From: Candidatus Collierbacteria bacterium
GTDB taxonomy: Bacteria > Patescibacteriota > Microgenomatia > UBA1400 > JACPES01
NCBI GenBank assembly: GCA_016219325.1
Contig: JACRNH010000014.1
Span: 132-64,131, forward strand
Reading direction: 5' to 3'
DNA: 64,000 nucleotides
A model generated the notes under the pieces. It had not been told where the DNA came from, did not search any database, and saw only the letters and a list, made by a program, of their open reading frames with translations. Positions 47,468 through 55,749 of this stretch are shown here, one piece after another. Position 1 is the stretch's first letter, and every line of letters starts with the position of its first letter. The position numbers were made by a program, and so were the translations under genes.

Positions 47468-47980
47468 TCCACTACTTTCGTAGAAGCTTGGACTATATCT
47501 TTGCCATGCTCAAATGAGTTTAGGCACTTTGGTATTTAGTCTCTACGGCGTCCCGCAAAAAATGTGGGTTCCCACGGTGTTACCGCTTAAATCGTAAAAG
47601 GCTTCACCGTTATCCCAAAGAGTTCATCCCTAAGTTTCCTTAGGAAGCTGCGTTTTGCCTGCGTGTATCTCTCTATGGCAATTTGCGCATACCAAAACGC
47701 ACTTGTCTATTTCTTTCTTAATCTTTTCCCATGATCGCGTAAGGCCGCGAACCGAAAGCCCAAAATCTTTTTGTTTCGGATCTCTATGGTGAAAATCAAG
47801 GGCATCTTGACAGCGCTGATATCCACAAATGACGCATTTCCCGCCTTTGTATTCACGAGCCATTTCTCGAAGGCGTTTTCGCCTTTCTGAAACAGCTCTC
47901 TTTAAATACTCGGAACGGTCGGCATAAGTCCTTGTATCTGGCATATACATCTGAGTATACCAAACTTATGACTTAATTCC
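47461..47980 (-). ncRNA. Group I intron in the tRNA-Asn anticodon loop
   Basis: The 5' exon ends in U and the intron ends in G. The 3' portion on the gene strand carries AGACUAAAU and AGAUAUAGUCC, matching the J6/7-P7 and P7' core strings of group I introns. The ORF lies in the 5' part. Confidence 0.65.
47630..47950 (-). CDS. HNH homing endonuclease encoded within the group I intron
   Basis: CVICGY...DFHHRDPKQKD...CANCHREIH, an HNH motif with Zn-binding cysteines. Confidence 0.7.
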   Translation of the reverse strand: MYMPDTRTYADRSEYLKRAVSERRKRLREMAREYKGGKCVICGYQRCQDALDFHHRDPKQKDFGLSVRGLTRSWEKIKKEIDKCVLVCANCHREIHAGKTQLPKET

Positions 47981-48095
47981 ACAGCGAGGCGCTCTACCAA
48001 CTGAGCTACAGGGGAATGTCAATGTACAAGTCAGATTATATCAGGCAATAAATCCTGTCCGCCTGAATTTTTAATCAGAATGTTACAATTTTACG

Positions 48096-48728
48096 ATGTC
48101 GCAAACATTGCTTTTGACTTCAGCCGGAATGCGGATACAGGATGAAATTTTAAAACTTCTGCCAAAACCTCCGGCAGAAATTAAACTTGCCCACATAATT
48201 ACGGCTTCAAATGAAGTTAACCCGCACCCTTGGAGAGATAACGACAAAAAAGCCATGCTTAAATTAGGAATTCAGGTTGAAGATATTGACGTTAAGGGAA
48301 AAACCGAAAATGAGTTAAGACGAATCTTGAAAAATAAAAATGTAATTTATGTTCAAGGTGGAAGCCCATATTATCTTTTAAGATATGTTATTGAAAGCGG
48401 ATTTGACAAAGTGGCAAAAGATTTAATAGACAAAGGAGCAATATATATCGGGGCCAGCGCCGGCTCGTATATAACCTGTCCGACAATTGAACAGGCCTTA
48501 TGGAAAAAACCGAACAGAAATACGTACGGTCTGGCAGACAACGGACCAGCGATGGATCTCGTCCCATTTTTAATCGTCGCCCACTATGAACCAAAATTCG
48601 CAGAAAGTGTGATCGCCGGAATCAACAAAACCAAATATCCGGTTAAAGTGCTGACAGATGATCAGGCGATTTTAGTGAAAGATGGGATAATGAAGCTTAT
48701 GGAGATAAAACATGTCCGAAGAAAGTAA
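48096..48728 (+). CDS. Peptidase S51 (dipeptidase E/cyanophycinase-like) family protein
   Basis: VIYVQGGSPYYLL and IYIGASAGSYI (Ser nucleophile motif). Confidence 0.6.
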   Translation: MSQTLLLTSAGMRIQDEILKLLPKPPAEIKLAHIITASNEVNPHPWRDNDKKAMLKLGIQVEDIDVKGKTENELRRILKNKNVIYVQGGSPYYLLRYVIESGFDKVAKDLIDKGAIYIGASAGSYITCPTIEQALWKKPNRNTYGLADNGPAMDLVPFLIVAHYEPKFAESVIAGINKTKYPVKVLTDDQAILVKDGIMKLMEIKHVRRK

Positions 48729-49371
48729 AATAGGAAAGCTAGCAGATCAATTGTCAGAATCAAGAGGCATTGACCAAAATAAAATTCTGTCAATTTTATA
48801 CACCAGAATTGCCACCGGCATTGAGCTAAAAGATAAACTAACTGCCGACGAAAAATTGCGTTTTGACCCAAACGAAACTTGGAATGTAGCAAACAAACAT
48901 TTGCTTGAAATTGCAAAGGCTGATCCCCAAAAAGCACTTAAACTAGCATTGTCATTTATCAATCTTCCAGAAAGCCGGGACCCAAAACAAGAAGCAGTAA
49001 ATGAATGGGTGCGGACAAGCGGATTATCAATGCTTGGATTTGATCAATTGAAAGAAACACTTTCTGGCTTTTTGATCAACGACTCTCCAGAATCGGAATT
49101 ACTAATAAATAAATTAAAATCTCTCATGGAAATAGATTTATCCGACATTACTAGTTCCAGTCGTTTTGGCGAGAACCCGAAAGGGTTTTCTGCCATTCAA
49201 TCAGCTTATATCTGCCTAGGACTGAAAAATGAAACCGGGGATTCAGCGGATAAATTATATCTCCAAGCAAAAGAAAGAACGTCAAAACCGGATTTTGAAA
49301 CTGCCTATCGACTGCTAATAGTTTCCTCTCCAGATTGCGCTTATTTAATGTCCAGAATCGATAGGTCATAA
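48712..49371 (+). CDS. Hypothetical protein
   Basis: 219-aa ORF that overlaps the upstream gene's end. Confidence 0.4.
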   Translation: MSEESKIGKLADQLSESRGIDQNKILSILYTRIATGIELKDKLTADEKLRFDPNETWNVANKHLLEIAKADPQKALKLALSFINLPESRDPKQEAVNEWVRTSGLSMLGFDQLKETLSGFLINDSPESELLINKLKSLMEIDLSDITSSSRFGENPKGFSAIQSAYICLGLKNETGDSADKLYLQAKERTSKPDFETAYRLLIVSSPDCAYLMSRIDRS

Positions 49372-49434
49372 AGATTTATTAAATTCCCAAAAGTCACATA
49401 AAACCTTGTATAATTATTAAGCTAGAATAAAAAT

Positions 49435-49668
49435 ATGTCAGAAAATGGAGGAGAAACACCAAGAGGTTGGCGAGCTTATTTCCCAAGCTTATTCAGACAT
49501 GGCAGACAAAAAGTAGATCTGACTAATGTTACTATAGGGAAACTACAGGATGCACGTGATAAAAGAGGAATTGTAATTGACGATATAACGTCCACGGGAA
49601 TCAATGCGACCGCCACAGTTAACAAAGAAGTTGTCCAAGGCGACGGACCGCTTGTTCCTCCCTCTTGA
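49435..49668 (+). CDS. Hypothetical small protein
   Basis: 77-aa ORF. Confidence 0.3.
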   Translation: MSENGGETPRGWRAYFPSLFRHGRQKVDLTNVTIGKLQDARDKRGIVIDDITSTGINATATVNKEVVQGDGPLVPPS

Positions 49669-49776
49669 CGCGGACTGGAAAAAACTTCATGATTATTGCT
49701 AATGTGTTAATTAAAAATTTTCCTGCGAAGCAGGATCTGGCTCTGCCAGAAAAATTACAATTTATTCTTAAGGGGG

Positions 49777-49992
49777 GTGAGATCATTGAAAAAATCAAAA
49801 TCAGTCAAATCGGTTAAATCCGCTGCCAAAGAGCCATTTTACTCTTGCTGTACCAGCACCGTCGGAGTCGTCCACCTTATTGCCGGCATCGGCCTTGGAA
49901 TGTTATTGGCCGGATATTTGGATATTGCCAACTTAACATTATGGGGATGGGCTTTCACAGCCGCGGGCGCGATAATGCATTTTATGAAATGA
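49777..49992 (+). CDS. Small membrane protein, translationally coupled to the downstream gene
   Basis: GGGGGTGA RBS and two hydrophobic helices. Its TGA stop (49990-49992) overlaps the ATG (49989-49991) of the next gene. Confidence 0.45.
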   Translation: MRSLKKSKSVKSVKSAAKEPFYSCCTSTVGVVHLIAGIGLGMLLAGYLDIANLTLWGWAFTAAGAIMHFMK

Positions 49993-50690
49993 AAGAAGCC
50001 TTACGCCAATATTTTATCGCCGGATCGATTTCTGTAACCATAACGGGGGGGTTAATTCTATACCTGACTGCCAGGCGCGGTTATTTTGATTTGTCGATTA
50101 TTAACAAAAGTTTGGCCAGCGGTTCGCTGGTACTATTGGGGATAGTGCTTTTACTGGGCCCATTGTCACGGTTTTACAGCCGGTTTGACAACTGGATAAA
50201 TTACCGCAAGGAACTGGGGATTTTGGCTTTTTTAACCGGAGCGGTCCACGTTTATTTATCAATGTTTCCTCTGGCCCGCCGCGGCCCGTTCGGACTGTAC
50301 CAATCAAGGCCATTAGTCGCCTATTCCGGCCTGCTGGGACTTGTAATCATGGCATATCTATTTATTATTTCATTTGAAAAACTCAAGGAAAAAATCGGCA
50401 TGGCTAAATGGTGGAAAATGCAATATTGGGGGGCTAGAATTACCGTCTTGGCAATTTTTATCCATATGGCGGTATTTAAATATCCGGAATGGAACGCGTG
50501 GCTTGGCGGCGAAGCCGGGAAGCTGGCGCGGCCGGGATGGCCGCCGGCAAGTTTATTGGTAGCTATATTTATATCCTTCGTCCTTTTGACCAGATTAAGC
50601 GAATTGTTTGGCGCCAAAGCTGCCAGATTCTTAACTCCGGTTTGGCTGGGGACCGCCATTGTTACTTCTTTCCTATTGTTTAACTTGTAG
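49989..50690 (+). CDS. Ferric-reductase-like (MsrQ/YedZ-type) transmembrane protein
   Basis: Six TM segments with conserved His (GAVHVYLSMF, IFIHMAVF). Start ATG 49989 is chosen over the ORF-track start at 49845. Confidence 0.45.
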   Translation: MKEALRQYFIAGSISVTITGGLILYLTARRGYFDLSIINKSLASGSLVLLGIVLLLGPLSRFYSRFDNWINYRKELGILAFLTGAVHVYLSMFPLARRGPFGLYQSRPLVAYSGLLGLVIMAYLFIISFEKLKEKIGMAKWWKMQYWGARITVLAIFIHMAVFKYPEWNAWLGGEAGKLARPGWPPASLLVAIFISFVLLTRLSELFGAKAARFLTPVWLGTAIVTSFLLFNL

Positions 50691-50702
50691 TATCATCGGC
50701 TA

Positions 50703-52850
50703 ATGAATTGGCCAAAAATTGCCGGTGTCAGCTTCCTGATTTTATTTTCAGAGCTTTTGGTTATCAGGCTTTTGGGGACAGAAATCAGAATCTTTGCTTA
50801 CCTAGGAAATCTAACGCTTCTTATGATTTTCCTGGGATCCGGGATCGGAATGTACATTAAAAAAACCCTTCCCTTGTCATGGACCGCTACCGCTTTTTTC
50901 TTGCTGGCGGCTTTAGTTTCAACTTCATATATTTTGCGGACCCCCAGATTTGACGTTAAATTATTTTCCGGAATTTCGGAGTTATTGGCCCCATTGTCCG
51001 AATCGTATGTTTGGCAGTCCTTAAATACATTCAGTAAAACCGGAGCGGTTTTAGGATTAGGGCTGACTTTGGGAATATTGGGATTAACCGCTTTTGGATT
51101 CATGCCGTTGGGAAACTTATTGGGGAAATTATTGGCAAAAGATCCGCATCCGCTGCGGGCGTATTCAATTAATATCGCCGCCTCGCTATCGGGAATGTGG
51201 GCTTTGCAAATATTTTCACTGGGGCAGCTACCGCTGCTATTGGGGCTGACCCTAGTAATTTGGACGCTATTATTTTTGGAAGATAATCCGACTGCCAGAG
51301 CCGTTATTATGGCCGTGGCCGTTGCCACTATTGCCTTAACAATTCCTAAAACAGCCAATCAGCCATACGAAGGCCCGACGACTTTTTGGTCACCGTACCA
51401 AAAATTGACTTTGTCCCTAATCAATAAAACTAAAATCCAACAACCGCCGGGATATTATCTGGAAGTAAATAACGTCGGCTACATGGGCCTTCTTAATTTA
51501 GGCCCCGATCATCAGGCCACTGTTTCGGCCTGGGCCAAAAACAACGATGTTCTATTCCAAGACCAATACTTAATTCCCTACCGGTTTAAGCCTGATCCGG
51601 AGAACGTTCTGATTATCGGGGCCGGCGGCGGCAATGACGCTTACGGGGCGATCAGGGGCGGAGCCAAAAATGTGGACGCTGTGGAAATCGATCCGGTAAT
51701 AGTTAAAATCGGCAAAAAATATCATCCCAATCTTCCGTACCAAAATTCAAGAATTAATTTAGTTACCGCTGACGGCCGGGCGTTTATGGAAAAAACCAAG
51801 AAGCGCTACGATTTAATCGTCATGGGTCTGGCTGATTCTCATACTTTAAGTTCATCCCTGACCAATCTCCGGCTGGACCACTATTTATATACCAAGGAAA
51901 GTTTGGAGAAGGCCAAGCAACTGCTTAAACCCGACGGGATTTTAGTCTTAAGTTTTGAAGTTCCCCGCCGGTGGATCGGGCAAAGACTGTCCAAAACTGT
52001 TGCCGAAGTTTTTGGGGTTACTCCGCTGACTTTTGAAGTCAGAAGCGATGGGGCTTTCGGCTGGGGCGGATATTTCTTCGTGGCTTCCAAAGACCCCGAC
52101 CTGCTCCCGCGCATTCTTAACCAGAATCCTGATTTTGCCAACTTCATCAAAGAACACGAAAGAACTTTCCCCCCATTAACCATTAACTCATCAACTATTA
52201 ACTCATTGTCTGACGATTGGCCGTATTTATATCTAGACTCTCCCCGTTTACCGGTCCTTCATCTGATTATCGCCGGAATTGCCGCGATCGGACTTTTTTT
52301 AGGGAGGAAGATTATCTTTAAGGACACGAAATTTAACTGGCCGATGTTTTGGTGGGGAGCCGGATTTATGTTATTTGAATTTCAGAACATTACTAAATTC
52401 AGCCTGTTGTTCGGGTTGACATGGCAAACTAATATTATCGTGATTTCCGCGGCATTGATTATGATTCTAGGAGCAAATTGGTTGGTGGAAAGAAAAATGA
52501 TTTCTTCAGGGCTTATGTTTGTCGGACTGATGGCAACGCTGCTCATTCAGGCCGTTATCCCGATTAAATTATTTAATACCCTGCCGGATCTTCATAAGAT
52601 ATTGATTGCCGGGACAATTCTCAATCTCCCCTTTTTCTTCGGCGGAGCGGTTTTTTCCGGGTGGTTCAAAAACGCCAAAGACAAAAAGGCGGCTTTTGCC
52701 GGAAATTTATTGGGCAGCGCCGCCGGTGGTTTAATGGAAATGTTTTCATTTCTTTTAGGAATAAAGGCGATTATTTTTATGGCCGCGGCAATTTATGGAT
52801 TGGGATGGATAGCGGCTTCCGGGAAATTTGCTAAGATAATTAAACGATGA
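50703..52850 (+). CDS. Membrane-fused spermidine-synthase-like (polyamine aminopropyltransferase fold) protein
   Basis: TM-rich N- and C-terminal regions around LIIGAGGGNDAYGAI...NVDAVEIDPVIVK...YDLIVMGLADS. Confidence 0.7.
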   Translation: MNWPKIAGVSFLILFSELLVIRLLGTEIRIFAYLGNLTLLMIFLGSGIGMYIKKTLPLSWTATAFFLLAALVSTSYILRTPRFDVKLFSGISELLAPLSESYVWQSLNTFSKTGAVLGLGLTLGILGLTAFGFMPLGNLLGKLLAKDPHPLRAYSINIAASLSGMWALQIFSLGQLPLLLGLTLVIWTLLFLEDNPTARAVIMAVAVATIALTIPKTANQPYEGPTTFWSPYQKLTLSLINKTKIQQPPGYYLEVNNVGYMGLLNLGPDHQATVSAWAKNNDVLFQDQYLIPYRFKPDPENVLIIGAGGGNDAYGAIRGGAKNVDAVEIDPVIVKIGKKYHPNLPYQNSRINLVTADGRAFMEKTKKRYDLIVMGLADSHTLSSSLTNLRLDHYLYTKESLEKAKQLLKPDGILVLSFEVPRRWIGQRLSKTVAEVFGVTPLTFEVRSDGAFGWGGYFFVASKDPDLLPRILNQNPDFANFIKEHERTFPPLTINSSTINSLSDDWPYLYLDSPRLPVLHLIIAGIAAIGLFLGRKIIFKDTKFNWPMFWWGAGFMLFEFQNITKFSLLFGLTWQTNIIVISAALIMILGANWLVERKMISSGLMFVGLMATLLIQAVIPIKLFNTLPDLHKILIAGTILNLPFFFGGAVFSGWFKNAKDKKAAFAGNLLGSAAGGLMEMFSFLLGIKAIIFMAAAIYGLGWIAASGKFAKIIKR

Positions 52851-53278
52851 GTATTAGAAATCAAATTCAATCGCAAATTATAACCAGCATGAAAAGCCAT
52901 GATCAAAAAAGGCTGGATGCTTTCCGGTTTTTATTTTCACAAATCAGATATAGGGAAATTGACGCCAAAAGAGAACTAACCGACGAAGAAACAGTTAAAC
53001 TTTTGCAGGGGGAAGCCAAAAAACGCCGGGAGGTAATCACGGCCTACAAACAAGGCGGACGGCAGGATTTGGCAGATAAAGAACAATATGAGTTATCCGT
53101 AATTGAAGAATTTTTGCCAAAACAATTAACCGACGAAGAAATCAAAGCAATCATTACTGAAGTAAAAGCCGCTAACTCCAACGGAGATTTTGGAGCTTTG
53201 ATGAAAACCGTGATGGTGAAAGTTGCGGGAAGGGCGGAAGGGGCAAAAGTGGCGGGGATGATAAAACAAAAAGGTTAA
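52847..53278 (+). CDS. GatB/YqeY domain protein
   Basis: C-terminal GDFGALMKTVMVKVAGRAEGAKVAGMIKQ. 4-bp overlap with the upstream gene. Confidence 0.75.
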   Translation: MSIRNQIQSQIITSMKSHDQKRLDAFRFLFSQIRYREIDAKRELTDEETVKLLQGEAKKRREVITAYKQGGRQDLADKEQYELSVIEEFLPKQLTDEEIKAIITEVKAANSNGDFGALMKTVMVKVAGRAEGAKVAGMIKQKG

Positions 53279-53345
53279 AATGGTTTAAATGGTTAGAAAG
53301 TTAAAATGACTCAAAGGGTCAATACATTAATGTTAAATTCGAAAC

Positions 53346-54083
53346 TTACTTATAAGTTTGTGTGGTAAAAGTTGGCAAACCTGGTTCATTGCTTACATAA
53401 GGACTCTTTGGAACCCTATTGAACAAACGCTCTAATGTTGTAGGCGGGCGATGTTGCTGCCAAAAGGCGCGAAGAAAACTGATGTCATCCCACGATTTTT
53501 GAAGATCCGCAGGAAAAGAAGCTTCTTTTCGCAGAATAACACAAAGGCAATGTCCTATAAAATCAGATCCTATATAATCCCTATTCGCCATCATAGAGAA
53601 ACCCTGCTCCATAATCCAAGAATAGCCATTTATATCTCTAGCCTTCGTCCATTCTTCGTTCCATGTCTCCCTCCCCCATTGATCAACAGCTTGTCTAACT
53701 TCTATTGGGATCTCAAAAGATGGCAATTTAGAAAATTGTGTTTGTTGCGAATCGGTACACATTTCAATTAAAGAAGTGGCGGCGCGGAGCAACCCGAGCC
53801 GCTCTTGAGAAACAACTGTTAAATCATTTTTTGTCTTCTTCGTTAAAGTTATAAGTTGTTGTAGAGAGTCTAAGATAATTCTGCCTTTTTGTTCTTGTGT
53901 CAATCTATTTCTAGAATCGTCTAACCCGTTAATAAGGGCATATAAACCGTTTCCGCAATAGGCAGCACCTAAAATAAAATTGCTCAATTCTGTTTGAGGG
54001 GCTATTCTTGCAAACCGTTCCTTCGCCAAAGGAATTTCATAAAGATTAATTTGTTGAGATTGTTCAAGTTCTTTCAATTCCAT
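53346..54083 (-). CDS. Hypothetical protein
   Basis: 245-aa ORF. Confidence 0.4.
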   Translation of the reverse strand: MELKELEQSQQINLYEIPLAKERFARIAPQTELSNFILGAAYCGNGLYALINGLDDSRNRLTQEQKGRIILDSLQQLITLTKKTKNDLTVVSQERLGLLRAATSLIEMCTDSQQTQFSKLPSFEIPIEVRQAVDQWGRETWNEEWTKARDINGYSWIMEQGFSMMANRDYIGSDFIGHCLCVILRKEASFPADLQKSWDDISFLRAFWQQHRPPTTLERLFNRVPKSPYVSNEPGLPTFTTQTYK

Positions 54084-54279
54084 TTATCTTTTTCCTTTGA
54101 GCGCTTCATGGCGGACCAAGAGGAAAGCACCGATTCCTGACAGAATTGATAAAACCGCCATAATCCATAATGTTGGCATAGTTATCCACCTCTTTTCATA
54201 AACAGATAAATGATAAATATTAACAAGGCGCTGGCAAAACCGCCGACAATAAAACCAATCATTAACTGTTCAAATGTAA

Positions 54280-54489
54280 TCATCTCGCGCCTTTCAAAAT
54301 AAATGTTCCAGTTCCCAAAAATACCAGACTCCAACCTATCCCCCATAAAAACGAAAACATCGTTTGGGCGACTGTCTTAATATTGCCGAAAAATATTCCA
54401 ATTACTCCGGCAACGAACCAAGCGGCGCCAATTTGAGAAAAATAATCGGCAATCAATTTTCGCTGCTCGGCAGAAAACCTCTTCATCAA
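54280..54489 (-). CDS. Small membrane protein (hypothetical)
   Basis: 69 aa with two hydrophobic helices. Confidence 0.35.
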   Translation of the reverse strand: MMKRFSAEQRKLIADYFSQIGAAWFVAGVIGIFFGNIKTVAQTMFSFLWGIGWSLVFLGTGTFILKGAR

Positions 54490-54504
54490 AACAATATATC
54501 ACAA

Positions 54505-55623
54505 CTACCCCAAATAATCCTGTAATTTTTTTCTCTTGCTCGGGTGTTTTAATTTTCGCAATGCCTTAGCCTCTATTTGCCTGATTCTTTCTCTGGTTAC
54601 CCCGAATTCCCGGCCGACTTCTTCCAGGGTCAACGGCCGTTGGCCGTCGAGGCCAAAACGCAGCCTTAAGACTTTGTTTTCCCTTTCCGACAACATTCCC
54701 AACACTTCTTCCACGTTTTCTTTTAACAATTGCTTGCTGGTAGCGTCATACGGAGAAAGTTGCGATTCGTCCGGAATAAAATCTCCCAAAAAGCTGTCTT
54801 CTTCATCGCCAATCGGAGTTTCCAGAGAGGTGGTTTTTTGGGCGATTTTCAAAACCTCGCGGACTTTGATCGCGGTCATTTCTTCCATTTCTGCCGCGAC
54901 TTCTTCCGGCTCGGGCTCCCGGCCTAATTTTTGTAAAAGCTGGCGGCTGGTGCGGATGACTTTATTAATCGTTTCCACCATATGGACTGGAATCCTGATG
55001 GTCCGGGCCTGATCGGCAATCGCCCGGGTAATTGCCTGCCTGATCCACCAAGTGGCATAGGTGGAAAACTTATAGCCCTTTTTCCAATCGTATTTCTCCA
55101 CCGCCCGGATCAAACCCTTATTGCCTTCCTGAATCAAATCCAAAAATGACAAGCCGCGGCCGATGTATTTTTTGGCAATGGAGACCACCAGCCGCAAATT
55201 GGCTTTAGTCAGCATGGCTTTGGCCTTCAGATCGCCCTTTTCATATCTCTGGGCCAGATCAATTTCCTGCTCTCTGATCAAAAGCGGAATCCGGCCGATT
55301 TCCTTTAAATACATCCTAACCGGATCGGAACTACCTAATTTGCTGATCTCTTCAAACGATTCCAATTCTTTGGTCAAATCGGTGGAAGCGCTTTTCTCCA
55401 GAGCCCTTTGATCTTCGGCGAAGGTATCAAAGACGTCAATTTTCTCTTGAAATAGCTTGCCGAAAAAAGCGTCCAGATCGTCCAAATGCTTCTCCGCTTC
55501 CGGCAAAATTTCCATGATCTGATCAACGGTAACGAAGCCATCACTTTTACCCTGTTTCCTTAACCGCAGCATGGCTCTTTTCTGTTCCGGAGCCAGAGGC
55601 AGATTCTTTTTAGTCTTCGCCAT
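54505..55623 (-). CDS. rpoD: RNA polymerase primary sigma factor (sigma-70)
   Basis: Regions 1.2 to 4 present, including [18 protein letters not shown]...[20 protein letters not shown] and region 4 [27 protein letters not shown]. Confidence 0.92.
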   Translation of the reverse strand: MAKTKKNLPLAPEQKRAMLRLRKQGKSDGFVTVDQIMEILPEAEKHLDDLDAFFGKLFQEKIDVFDTFAEDQRALEKSASTDLTKELESFEEISKLGSSDPVRMYLKEIGRIPLLIREQEIDLAQRYEKGDLKAKAMLTKANLRLVVSIAKKYIGRGLSFLDLIQEGNKGLIRAVEKYDWKKGYKFSTYATWWIRQAITRAIADQARTIRIPVHMVETINKVIRTSRQLLQKLGREPEPEEVAAEMEEMTAIKVREVLKIAQKTTSLETPIGDEEDSFLGDFIPDESQLSPYDATSKQLLKENVEEVLGMLSERENKVLRLRFGLDGQRPLTLEEVGREFGVTRERIRQIEAKALRKLKHPSKRKKLQDYLG

Positions 55624-55713
55624 GATACTGATTATAACAAGAAAGCGAAACCCATGACCATAAGGTCATGGATGAAGCGCTTAAAATCCCGCCGTAGGCG
55701 CACAAGGCGTTTA

Positions 55714-55747
55714 AAAATCAGACAAACATATGAATGTCTGATTTTTA
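55714..55747 (-). terminator. Hairpin plus U-tract between dnaG and rpoD (attenuator or terminator)
   Basis: aaaatcagaca-aacatatgaa-tgtctgatttt, an 11-bp stem followed by T-runs. A second hairpin catgacc-ataag-ggtcatg lies at 55652-55672. Confidence 0.45.
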
Positions 55748-55749
55748 TA

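Larger units (their letters stand above)
47421..48015 (-). tRNA. tRNA-Asn(GUU) split by a 520-nt group I intron (exon 1 47981-48015, exon 2 47421-47460)
   Basis: The joined exons give a canonical cloverleaf with a CUGUUAA anticodon loop. The acceptor stem is TCCCCTG/CGGGGGA. The intron sits between anticodon-loop positions 35 and 36. Confidence 0.8.

Noticed and set aside
47421-48015. Reading the two tRNA halves as attL/attR duplications left by integration of the recombinase element
   Set aside because: The halves are complementary, not duplicated. Together they make exactly one tRNA-Asn. The intervening DNA carries group I core strings and an HNH ORF, which fits an intron.
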